In this document: in pieces, positions 20,693 through 28,818 of the stretch
Layout: each line of letters opens with the position of its first letter
Numbering within the stretch: the stretch's first letter is position 1
From: Pseudomonadota bacterium
Lineage (GTDB): Bacteria > Campylobacterota > Campylobacteria > Campylobacterales > Sulfurimonadaceae
NCBI GenBank assembly: GCA_043797085.1
Contig: JAZDQA010000011.1
Coordinates: 128,001-192,000, forward strand
Direction of reading: 5' to 3'
Length of the DNA: 64,000 nucleotides
The notes under the pieces: model-generated
The model's database searches: none
Seen by the model: only the letters and a program-made list of their open reading frames with translations
Told to the model about the DNA's origin: nothing
Program-made: the position numbers and the translations under genes

Positions 20693-21127
20693 ATGGAAAC
20701 ATTGATTATTAATAAACGCCGTGAGCTGCCTAGAGCCAAACGAATCATTTGGGACATCGTAACTGTTTTGCTTTGGCTGGGTTTTTTCTATTTATGGAAA
20801 CCGGTATTTCACGTATTTTATCGTATTATTACATTAGATGCACCGGTGGAAGAGTTGTCTGATTGGATTTTTGGTGAGATCCATAGTGTTACCTTTGAAC
20901 ATGCGCTTTATATGCTTATTGGAACGCCTATAGTGCTTTTTATACTTTCAAGGTTAAATCGACACCAAGCCCCAAGTGAGCATTTAATCTATCATTCTAA
21001 TGATTATTCAAATTATTTTAACGTAGATGATACACAATTGCAAGAGTGTGTAAATAGTCAGTTGGTTACGGTTTATTTCGATGACCATGGGCATATCATC
21101 CGTCTGAATAATCAGATTATAAAATAA
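20693..21127 (+). CDS. pgaD: PgaD PNAG biosynthesis protein
   Basis: LII.KR..LP..KR...DIVT.LLW..F.YLW, two TMs, V.FDD.G.I C-terminus; 4 nt after the pgaC stop. Confidence 0.88.
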   Translation: METLIINKRRELPRAKRIIWDIVTVLLWLGFFYLWKPVFHVFYRIITLDAPVEELSDWIFGEIHSVTFEHALYMLIGTPIVLFILSRLNRHQAPSEHLIYHSNDYSNYFNVDDTQLQECVNSQLVTVYFDDHGHIIRLNNQIIK

Positions 21128-21156
21128 TATGAAACATCAAAACTAGGAAAAATACA

Positions 21157-21963
21157 TTGTTTGGTTTTTTTAAAAATAAGAGTAAAGAAATAGCAGTAGA
21201 AGAAATATTCGAGACTCCAAAGGAATTTACGAATTCTATTGGAATGGAATTTTTATACATTGATGGCGGACGCTTTAGTATGGGAAAGAATTCTAATTAC
21301 GATGAAGGAGGAGACGTCGAGACTCCTTCGCATTTTGTTGATATAGAGAGTTTTTGGATTTCTAAATATCTAGTGACGCAAGAGGAATATTACAAACTTA
21401 CTCGCGTCAATCCATCTTATTTTAAAAAAGATAAAGTTGAAGAGGAGAGTTCTCGTCGTCATCCCATAGAGCAAGTAAGTTGGTTCGATGCGAAAGCTTT
21501 TGTTGAATTACTGAATCGATACGAAGGTAAAAACCACTCCTATGCACTGCCTACAGAGGCACAATGGGAATATTGTGCAAAAGCGGGAGGAAACACACGC
21601 TTTAGCTTTGGAGACTCTGAGGCACTTATTGATGATTATGCCGTTTATGAGTACAGTTCGAATGGAAGAACGGGTGTTGTTGATGGTAGATTGGCAAATC
21701 GTTTGGGAATATACGGCTTGATGGGGAATGTGTGGGAGTGGTGTGAGGATGATTTTTTCCCAAATTACATTAATGCCCCGAAAGATGGGTCAGCATGGTT
21801 TGATGGAGTAAATAAGGAATCATTTAAAGTGCGTAGAGGAGGAAGCTACAAAACGAGTTATATGTGTTTGAGAAGTTCGTTTCGCGGTTATTCTCGTCCT
21901 GATTTTGCTTCAAATGAGATTGGATTTCGTCTCGTAATCAATGGGGCTCTAAAGAATCTATAA
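21157..21963 (+). CDS. Formylglycine-generating enzyme (SUMF1/FGE-sulfatase) domain protein
   Basis: NSIGMEF..I.GG.F.MG, VTQ..Y, VSW.DA, LPTEAQWEY.A.AG, M.GNVWEWC.D, RGGS, IGFRLV. Confidence 0.92.
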   Translation: MFGFFKNKSKEIAVEEIFETPKEFTNSIGMEFLYIDGGRFSMGKNSNYDEGGDVETPSHFVDIESFWISKYLVTQEEYYKLTRVNPSYFKKDKVEEESSRRHPIEQVSWFDAKAFVELLNRYEGKNHSYALPTEAQWEYCAKAGGNTRFSFGDSEALIDDYAVYEYSSNGRTGVVDGRLANRLGIYGLMGNVWEWCEDDFFPNYINAPKDGSAWFDGVNKESFKVRRGGSYKTSYMCLRSSFRGYSRPDFASNEIGFRLVINGALKNL

Positions 21964-21968
21964 GTATA

Positions 21969-22223
21969 TTAAAACGGGTTTTTAACACTCTCGGCTGTTT
22001 TGATATCTATGCGATCAGGCAAGTTTCTATCCCGTTTAAGCGCATCAATCGAAGCATCGACAATTCGTTTTAGTTTCATGGCGAATTCAAGCCCTTGGCG
22101 GTCTTTGGTGAGGTCTACGGAGCCGTAAATTGAGATGCGATCCAGACGATTTTCTACCGTTAGATTATCGATCAGGAGGGAATCAACTTCATTTTCGTAT
22201 GCCATAAAAGGTTGAGTGGGCAT
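21969..22223 (-). CDS. Small hypothetical protein coupled to the nuclease gene
   Basis: 84 aa, LTVENRLDRISIYGS.DLTKD..GL...V.NPF; starts 1 nt after the nuclease stop; no signal peptide. Confidence 0.8.
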   Translation of the reverse strand: MPTQPFMAYENEVDSLLIDNLTVENRLDRISIYGSVDLTKDRQGLEFAMKLKRIVDASIDALKRDRNLPDRIDIKTAESVKNPF

Positions 22224-22224
22224 T

Positions 22225-23055
22225 TTAAAACATCCTTTTCAAAAGTTTTTCTATTAAACGGATTATATCCTCATCTGAAAGATTATGGTAGGAGTGACCG
22301 TTTCTCTCTTGGGGATCAGGCAGGCTCATGGCTGATTTTTTGGCAGATGGAGCCATTTTTGGAAAGAGCTGCACTCCTGCCATTTGCTCCAGCTGAGCAA
22401 TACTGATCACTTCATAATCACCGTTAGGTGCATTACTAACCAGATAGGCTCCCCCTTTTCCGCTAGAGGGATCGTAGATTGCTTTATAGAGTTTTGAGGG
22501 GACTAATACTCTCCCGCCGATACGTTTGATCGGTGAACCGCTGAAGATAGGTCCCGTGATAATATAGAGCTCTCCCTTTTGATTAGTCAAATGGCGCGTT
22601 GCTCCCTCGATGGCTGACCATACCCCCCGATTGTTTTCAGAATTTTGAGGAATCATGTTGGCAAGAGTAAAGGACTCATTCTGTGATTGTTTGTTGCCCA
22701 TGTCAGCTGAGGGTGCTAAATGACCTCTATCATAGCCCGACTTAGAATAATCGGCAAGTTCGGCACGCTCATCAGGGTCTAACTGATCTTCCGGATGAAA
22801 ATTGTTGCTTCTTTTGCTTTTATGACGCAATCCCTCTTTCGTGAGATGCTCGGCGCTCCATAATGGTGTGCGAGAGATACCTGAGTGCATTACGGCAAAG
22901 GTGCTATAGCACAGCTCTTTCGTTTTCGGGAGAAGTTTTGTGTTTAAAATATTGGGTGCTTCGTTGCCGTAATAGAGCCCCTCACATTGCGTAGGGGCAG
23001 AAAATAACGCGGTTGAAAACAGTAAGGTACTAATCAGAGATACAAGCGATTTCAT
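22225..23055 (-). CDS. Secreted DNA/RNA non-specific endonuclease (NucA family)
   Basis: Signal peptide, TPLWSAEHL, Y..SGYDRGHLAP, ESF.L.NM.PQ...NRG.W..IE. Confidence 0.95.
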   Translation of the reverse strand: MKSLVSLISTLLFSTALFSAPTQCEGLYYGNEAPNILNTKLLPKTKELCYSTFAVMHSGISRTPLWSAEHLTKEGLRHKSKRSNNFHPEDQLDPDERAELADYSKSGYDRGHLAPSADMGNKQSQNESFTLANMIPQNSENNRGVWSAIEGATRHLTNQKGELYIITGPIFSGSPIKRIGGRVLVPSKLYKAIYDPSSGKGGAYLVSNAPNGDYEVISIAQLEQMAGVQLFPKMAPSAKKSAMSLPDPQERNGHSYHNLSDEDIIRLIEKLLKRMF

Positions 23056-23085
23056 TGATCACATTTTAGCATTATTTTCACTCTA

Positions 23086-23565
23086 TTATTTTTTCTCAAC
23101 GGGATATCCCATCTCTTTCCATGCACTAAATCCATTTAGAAGCCAATAGACGTTAGTGTATCCAAGTTTTCGAACGGCTAAAGCCGCTTCGTATGAGTTG
23201 GCGCACGTTTCTCCGTAACAATAAAAGAGAAGAATTTCATCTTTCTCTTTTGGGAGCTGTATCACGATATATTCTGCTTTAGAAACATCGAAGTAGACCG
23301 GATACGCTCCTTTTATATGTTCTTTTTCGTAGTGGCGCTTTTCACGGGCATCAAAAAAGTAGGATTTTTGATCGTACAGTTTTTTAGCCGTGTCAACATC
23401 CACGACTTTTACCCCTTTGGCGATTGCATCATCTACTTGGGGAGGAATAACACAAACATCGTATTTTGCTTCGAAAATAATACTTTTTTCACCGTCATAT
23501 TCGACAGCACTGAGGGAAGATGTTAATAATACTGCAGCGAATGCAGTTGAAATCAAGCGTAACAT
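23086..23565 (-). CDS. Periplasmic rhodanese-like protein
   Basis: Signal peptide, FFDAR...Y...HIKGA, FYCYGETC, LGY.NVY.L.NG..AW...GYPVE. Confidence 0.9.
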   Translation of the reverse strand: MLRLISTAFAAVLLTSSLSAVEYDGEKSIIFEAKYDVCVIPPQVDDAIAKGVKVVDVDTAKKLYDQKSYFFDAREKRHYEKEHIKGAYPVYFDVSKAEYIVIQLPKEKDEILLFYCYGETCANSYEAALAVRKLGYTNVYWLLNGFSAWKEMGYPVEKK

Positions 23566-23686
23566 GATGAACTCCTTGAATCGATATGAATTAATGATAA
23601 TGGATAAAATATTATAGTCATATCATTTTTTTAAATAAAGAAATAAAATAAGAATAAATTTATTTCTCGTTTCTACATTCTCGCCT

Positions 23687-24820
23687 TCATTTGTCGTCGG
23701 AGTAGCGGATGCGGTAGATGGCATTGGCTTTGTCATCCGACACCAGAAGAGAACCATCAGGCAGGATCAGCAGATCAACAGGTCTTCCCCACGAGGTGAT
23801 CCCCTTGTGCCACCCTTGCGCAAAAATCGTGTAGGAAGGTTTGGCATTTTCAAAAAAACGTACCAGTGTGATGCGGTAGCCTATCGGGGGAATCCGATTC
23901 CACGAACCGTGCTCGGCAACTAATATCTGATCTAGGTACGCCGGCGGAAATTGGCTGCCCGTGTAAAATCGCATCCCCAACGCGGCGACGTGGGGATCGA
24001 GTTCCCTTACAGGCGGGGTAAAATCGGCACATTTTTTCTTTTTACCGAATTCGGAATCGGCGAAACGACCTGCGTGACAGTAGGGAAATCCGAAGTGCAT
24101 CCCTTTTTTCAAAGCCATATTCAGCTCATCGCCCGGTGTGTTGTTTCCCATCCAGTCGCGGCCGTTGTCGGTAAAGAAGAGAGTGCCGTTTTTCGGATGC
24201 CAGTCGAATCCCACCGTATTTCTTACTCCGTGTGCAAAAATCTCGAGTCCGGTTCCATCGGGTCGCATCCGCATGATGGAGGCGTAGCGCGGATCATCCT
24301 GTTCGCAGACATTGCAGGGAGCACCAACGGGTACATAGAGGTATCCATCGGGACCGAAGCGTATGAATTTCCAGCCGTGGTGAGGGTTTGAGGGAAAGGA
24401 GTCGCTGACGACGACCGGCTGTGGCGGGTTGTCCAAACGGTTTTCGATGGCGTCAAAACGTAAAATACGGTTGATTTCGGAAACGTAAAGTGCTTTGTTG
24501 CGGAAAGCGACGCCGTTTGGGCTGTTGAGTCCATGAGCGATAACGTAGCGACGGTCGGCGCGAAAATCGCCGTCGGTGTCTTGAAGTGCATACACTTTTC
24601 CTTCGGCACGGGAGCCTACGAAAACGGTTCCTCCCTCACCGATAGCCAGGGAACGCGCCCCATCGACATTGCGGGCATAGAGGTCGATGTGAAATCCGGG
24701 GGGGAGCTTGATGGTGGCTAGCTTTTCGGAGAGATCGTCGGCATGGGTCTGGTAGAGAAAGAAAATATTGATGCTCATTGCGAGAAGTAACCGTACTACG
24801 TGCGATGCTTTAGTCCACAT
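23687..24820 (-). CDS. PQQ-dependent sugar/sorbosone dehydrogenase family protein
   Basis: Signal peptide, LPPGF.I..YA, HHGWKFIRFGPDG.LY.P.GAPCN, GVRNTVGFDW, AEHGSWNR, GRPVD. Confidence 0.92.
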   Translation of the reverse strand: MWTKASHVVRLLLAMSINIFFLYQTHADDLSEKLATIKLPPGFHIDLYARNVDGARSLAIGEGGTVFVGSRAEGKVYALQDTDGDFRADRRYVIAHGLNSPNGVAFRNKALYVSEINRILRFDAIENRLDNPPQPVVVSDSFPSNPHHGWKFIRFGPDGYLYVPVGAPCNVCEQDDPRYASIMRMRPDGTGLEIFAHGVRNTVGFDWHPKNGTLFFTDNGRDWMGNNTPGDELNMALKKGMHFGFPYCHAGRFADSEFGKKKKCADFTPPVRELDPHVAALGMRFYTGSQFPPAYLDQILVAEHGSWNRIPPIGYRITLVRFFENAKPSYTIFAQGWHKGITSWGRPVDLLILPDGSLLVSDDKANAIYRIRYSDDK

Positions 24821-24841
24821 AACTCTCTCCCTATAGTTGTA

Positions 24842-25717
24842 TTATTCTTCTCCATTCTGACCAAAGAGGTTGTTGATTGCCGCTTCGATGGTTTTGAATT
24901 CAAACTCGAAGCCGGCTTCGGGAAGGCGTTTGGAGGTGGCATACTGTCCGCTAGAGAACGCTTCGGCGGCTTCGGATCCGAAACGCAGTGCCAACATAAA
25001 TTTTGGAATCGCAAATAGGGTAGGGAGATGCAATGCGGCACCCAATGCTTTGGTCAGACCGTAGTTAGTAGTAGGATTGGGTGCCATCAGATTGTAAACA
25101 CCCTGCATCTGCGGGTGTTCGAGAACAAAGAGATAACCTCTCATCAGATCTTGGATATGGACCCAGCTGAAGTTTTGGCTCCCATCACCGATCGTCCCTC
25201 CCAGCCCAAGTTTGAAGGGGAGTAACATTTCGTTGAGTATACCACCGCCGTGACCGAGGACGATCCCATAGCGAAAGATGACGGTTCTGATTCCAAGCGT
25301 TTTGGCTTTCATGGCCTCATTCTCCCAGTCCCTGACCAGCCGACCCAGAAAATCCTTCGCGTAAAGGGCATGTTCTTCATCGTGCTTACCGCTTGCCGCA
25401 TAGATACCCACCGCCGATGTACAGACGAAGAGTCCCGGCTTTTGCTCCATCCTCTCCATAGTGGCGACCATCTTTTTCGTCGTGTCGATGCGGCTTGTGT
25501 AGAGCACTTTTTTGTAGTGTTTTGTCCATCGTTTACTGATGGAAGCCCCAGCGAGATGGATAACAACGTCTGCACCCAAAAGTCTTTTGCCAAAAGCCGT
25601 ATCGTCAAGATCAAAATCAGCCGTATGCAGGGGCAATATCTCCCATCCTTTTTCTTTGAACATGGAGACCAGATGGGTGCCGATAAAACCTCCCGCTCCG
25701 CTGATGACGACTTTCAT
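24842..25717 (-). CDS. TIGR01777 family NAD-dependent epimerase (YfcH-like)
   Basis: ISGAGGFIG, IHLAGA.I..RWT...K..L..SR..TT, PF.LGLGG.IG.G.Q.FSW.HI.D, GF.F.F. Confidence 0.93.
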   Translation of the reverse strand: MKVVISGAGGFIGTHLVSMFKEKGWEILPLHTADFDLDDTAFGKRLLGADVVIHLAGASISKRWTKHYKKVLYTSRIDTTKKMVATMERMEQKPGLFVCTSAVGIYAASGKHDEEHALYAKDFLGRLVRDWENEAMKAKTLGIRTVIFRYGIVLGHGGGILNEMLLPFKLGLGGTIGDGSQNFSWVHIQDLMRGYLFVLEHPQMQGVYNLMAPNPTTNYGLTKALGAALHLPTLFAIPKFMLALRFGSEAAEAFSSGQYATSKRLPEAGFEFEFKTIEAAINNLFGQNGEE

Positions 25718-25725
25718 GACGATAC

Positions 25726-26523
25726 CTACAAGGTGATGAGAAGTGCTGCTTCGGGGTTGATGATGCGAAACGTGCAGCTTTCACTCATAAAAAGTGCATA
25801 GCTGTCAGTTTTTTCTTCGGCATACCCGATACTGACATCCAGAGCGTTATAGAGAGCAAAATCTCCGCCTCTTTGTGAAAGAGCCAAAATCTTGTCATCA
25901 CCAATGTTCTCGCAAACCACAAAAAAGTTTATTCCCAGTAGTGTTTCCAGACGGCTTTTAACACTTAGACCTCCTTCGCTTTCTCCTACCATTTTGATCA
26001 GCGTAGCGGTGGAGAGAACCAGTTTGTACGGTCCCTCAACGAATTCGCCACCGAAAGCGGCGATCATCGAGGCGACCGCATCGATCAGCCCTTTGGTGCT
26101 TTTGGCATGTATCGGTTTACGCGGGATATTTTTCAAAATACCTTTTATTTGTGCTTCTTTAACTCCATCAAGGATCAGCGAATTTTCAACGGCGCTGAAA
26201 CGGTTTGCAACGTGTTTGAAGACGGTGTCATCAAAATCGATTTTATCCCGTTTGAAGTCCTCGACAACCGATTTGGGCAGATCAAAATCGTACCGAACCT
26301 CAATCATTCGGATCGGTTCTCGTACTGATAGTGTCAAATGCTCGGAAGTAGAGAGTACATTGAGGTTGCCCGTCGCGATCGAATCGGTCTCAAAAGGAAC
26401 GGGGGTAAATCCGACAAGAGCGCGAAGTTTCAGCCGTTGGCTCAGCAATGGGGTAAAAACATTGTCGATCTGGCTCCAAACGGCTGCTGCTATCGGTGAG
26501 GTTTCTCGATTTAAAAATTTCAT
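25726..26523 (-). CDS. Family 1 encapsulin nanocompartment shell protein (Linocin M18-like)
   Basis: 265 aa; L.R..SPI...W..ID N-terminus, ENSLI..G, GPY.LVL, SQRGGDF.L....DVSIGY, L...ES.TFR...PEA...L. Confidence 0.9.
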   Translation of the reverse strand: MKFLNRETSPIAAAVWSQIDNVFTPLLSQRLKLRALVGFTPVPFETDSIATGNLNVLSTSEHLTLSVREPIRMIEVRYDFDLPKSVVEDFKRDKIDFDDTVFKHVANRFSAVENSLILDGVKEAQIKGILKNIPRKPIHAKSTKGLIDAVASMIAAFGGEFVEGPYKLVLSTATLIKMVGESEGGLSVKSRLETLLGINFFVVCENIGDDKILALSQRGGDFALYNALDVSIGYAEEKTDSYALFMSESCTFRIINPEAALLITL

Positions 26524-26533
26524 AGTGAACTCC

Positions 26534-26908
26534 TTAGTTATTATTGCCGATTTTCAGTGTCCCTGTAGCTACTGCAACGGTTACTGAATCGGTCTGAGTA
26601 GGTTGATCCGCTGCATCGGACTCCTGAACGATGATATCTCCATTCGTAAACAGAAATTTATGCATCATGGCGTCCCACACGGGAGAATTGCGTCTGAGCC
26701 ATTCAAGCCCCATGCACGCGTGTTCAATCTCTTCGTCTCGATTGTGTTCCATAATAGCTTTGGCGGTAGGGTCTGTTGCGGCTTCGGCACGTTGGTTATA
26801 CCAATCTACTGCCTCGAATTCTTCCATTGTACTTTGGATAATGCGGTGATAATCTTTTGTAAAATCTGAGAGTTTATTGGGATCTTCGTGAAAACCTTCA
26901 TGTGCCAT
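26534..26908 (-). CDS. Encapsulated ferritin-like protein (EncFtn/Flp cargo)
   Basis: HR.IQS..EE.EAVDWY.QRA, I..HNRDEE.EHA.M.LEW.RR; unstructured linker then TLKIG cargo-loading-like tail; directly upstream of the shell gene. Confidence 0.95.
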   Translation of the reverse strand: MAHEGFHEDPNKLSDFTKDYHRIIQSTMEEFEAVDWYNQRAEAATDPTAKAIMEHNRDEEIEHACMGLEWLRRNSPVWDAMMHKFLFTNGDIIVQESDAADQPTQTDSVTVAVATGTLKIGNNN

Positions 26909-26942
26909 AACTGCTCCTTTGAGTTCAATTCTGATATTTCTA

Positions 26943-26972
26943 ATGGTACAAAGACATAAGAAAGGATGTCAA
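26943..26972 (-). promoter_or_regulatory. Putative sigma70 promoter of the encapsulin operon (TTGACA-18-TACCAT) overlapped by inverted repeat GACAT-N8-ATGTC
   Basis: -35 at 26967-26972 and -10 at 26943-26948 on the minus strand; palindrome at 26953-26970. Confidence 0.5.
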
Positions 26973-27080
26973 TAGGATTTTATAGGGAGCATTTCTTTTA
27001 ATTTTTAATTAAGAAATAAATAGTTGAAAAGATAAAAAAAAGTTGTGTTATTATTGAACGAAATCAACAAGGAGGCAGTT

Positions 27081-27692
27081 ATGAAGGTCTTAATTGTGTA
27101 CTACTCTATGTACGGTCATATCTATCAAATGGTTCAGGCGGCAGCGGAAGGAGCAGGATCAGTGGAAGGGGTCGAAGCAGTATTACGCCGTGTCCCAGAG
27201 ACGCTTTCTATCGATATTCTGGAAAAAATGGGAGCGACAGAAGCCCAAAAAGAGCAGTCTGACATCCCTGTTTGTACACTGGATGAACTTGCCGAAGCGG
27301 ATGCCGTGATCTTCGCCACACCGACGCGTTTTGGGAACATGTGCGGTCAGATGCGCCAGTTCCTTGATGCGACCGGTAAACTCTGGGGTAAGGGAGCGCT
27401 AGTAGGCAAGGTGGGAAGCGTGATAACCAGCTCAGGTACTCAGCACGGCGGTCAAGAATCGACGATCCTGACGTTTCACGTCACGTTACTGCATCATGGA
27501 ATGGTGATCGTAGGACTTCCCTATACCTTTGCAGGACAATCGTTTTCCGACCAGATTACGGGCTGTTCACCCTATGGTGCATCGACGATTGTGGGAGGCG
27601 ACGGCAGCCGCTTTCCCAGTGCCAACGAACTCGCCGGAGCCAAATATCAAGGGGAACACGTTGCCAAAATCGCCAAGAAGCTTACCCGATAG
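27081..27692 (+). CDS. wrbA: NAD(P)H:quinone oxidoreductase WrbA
   Basis: [49 protein letters not shown]. Confidence 0.97.
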   Translation: MKVLIVYYSMYGHIYQMVQAAAEGAGSVEGVEAVLRRVPETLSIDILEKMGATEAQKEQSDIPVCTLDELAEADAVIFATPTRFGNMCGQMRQFLDATGKLWGKGALVGKVGSVITSSGTQHGGQESTILTFHVTLLHHGMVIVGLPYTFAGQSFSDQITGCSPYGASTIVGGDGSRFPSANELAGAKYQGEHVAKIAKKLTR

Positions 27693-27714
27693 CCCGTGTT
27701 TTCGGGCACTTTTT
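27692..27714 (+). terminator. Probable rho-independent terminator after wrbA
   Basis: GCCCG-tgtttt-CGGGC then acTTTTT. Confidence 0.55.
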
Positions 27715-27750
27715 ACGCAGTCTTTTAAATGCTGCGCAAAAGTATTTTCA

Positions 27751-27821
27751 CTCGCTCCCATGCTCCAGTTTGGGAGTGTATACCATTAGTCTGCACTCTC
27801 TGTGAGGAAGTTGGGAACGAG
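27751..27821. repeat. REPIN-like element copy 1 (right arm degenerate)
   Basis: CTCGCTCCCATGCTCCAGTTTGGGAGTG-spacer-...TTGGGAACGAG; 71 bp, collinear with copy 2. Confidence 0.85.
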
Positions 27822-28006
27822 AGAAGGGAGAAAAAAATTTGAATACTTTTGGGTTATAGTTATCACCTGACTCTTATTTTTCAATACAGGATAAATAATA
27901 AATTTAGTATTTGTTTAAGAATTTTATGGATACAATAGTCCTACATTTTTTAACATTATTGAATTTAAAAGTGTTAAAAACTTGAAGTCTGCTTGGAGGC
28001 TTTACT

Positions 28007-28273
28007 ATGAATACATTAAAGTGGTTTACGTGTTTAGAACATTACAATGGACGAAATGAAGTTGCAAAGATGTTCATGAATGGTGCATGGAGAATTGATT
28101 TTAATGAGAATAGTCCGACATTTATGTGTTATTCTGAGCGTGAATGCCATCAATGCCCGAATTACTCTCACGACCCTTGCTTATGCTCCCTTGAAAGTAC
28201 CGAAAAGATTAGTCAACCTCTTTATCATGAACAGATGTTGATGTATTGTGCGGAATTTTCCGAATTGTGTTGA
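28007..28273 (+). CDS. Small Cys-rich hypothetical protein
   Basis: GGAGG RBS; 88 aa with CHQC and CLC. Confidence 0.65.
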   Translation: MNTLKWFTCLEHYNGRNEVAKMFMNGAWRIDFNENSPTFMCYSERECHQCPNYSHDPCLCSLESTEKISQPLYHEQMLMYCAEFSELC

Positions 28274-28384
28274 ACTTTTCGTTGAACTGTATTGATAATA
28301 TCTATTTTAAAATATAATTTTTATAAGAACATATAATGCATATCACTAAGAATTACCTATTTAATTCAAGTGTAGGAGTGTGTG

Positions 28385-28774
28385 ATGGCAGTTCTAATTA
28401 CCGACTTATGTATAAACTGTGACGCGTGTATCGATGAGTGTCCTGCGACAGCTATCGTCAGTGCCGATGATTCCCCGCTAAGCGGTGGTGAATACACTTA
28501 CGTTAAGCCCGAAAAATGTATCGAATGTGTCGATTCGGCAGTACCGAAATGTGCCGATGTGTGTCCTACTGAGGGGTGTATCGTGTGGGATATGCCTTAT
28601 ACAGCCGAATACAACGACTATTTTGTAAACAGTGGCGAGTATATGATCCGCGTCCATAAGAGTAAAGGGCTTATGTCGCCCGAAGTGAGTCCGATGCCGT
28701 GGCGGGAGAGTATCAGCATGGAGCAAAGAGCAGGGCGTGTGAGTGTCGGGGAGACGTTGAGGCTTTATAATTAG
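28385..28774 (+). CDS. 2[4Fe-4S] ferredoxin (FdxN/YfhL-like) with C-terminal extension
   Basis: CINCDACIDECP and CIECVDSAVPKCADVCP; GGAG RBS. Confidence 0.92.
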   Translation: MAVLITDLCINCDACIDECPATAIVSADDSPLSGGEYTYVKPEKCIECVDSAVPKCADVCPTEGCIVWDMPYTAEYNDYFVNSGEYMIRVHKSKGLMSPEVSPMPWRESISMEQRAGRVSVGETLRLYN

Positions 28775-28818
28775 AAAATTAGCCTATCCCAAATGGCACT
28801 TACTTAAGCTTTTAAACC

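Noticed and set aside
21157..21963. Diversity-generating retroelement target (FGE-type C-lectin fold)
   Set aside because: No reverse transcriptase, and I saw no template repeat of the 3' end in the window.
25250..26587. Long plus-strand ORFs (183 and 231 aa) opposite TIGR01777 and encapsulin
   Set aside because: Antisense to well-supported genes; no recognisable motifs.
28795..28810. sigma54 promoter (TGGCAC...)
   Set aside because: No TTGC at the correct spacing, and it lies between convergent gene ends.
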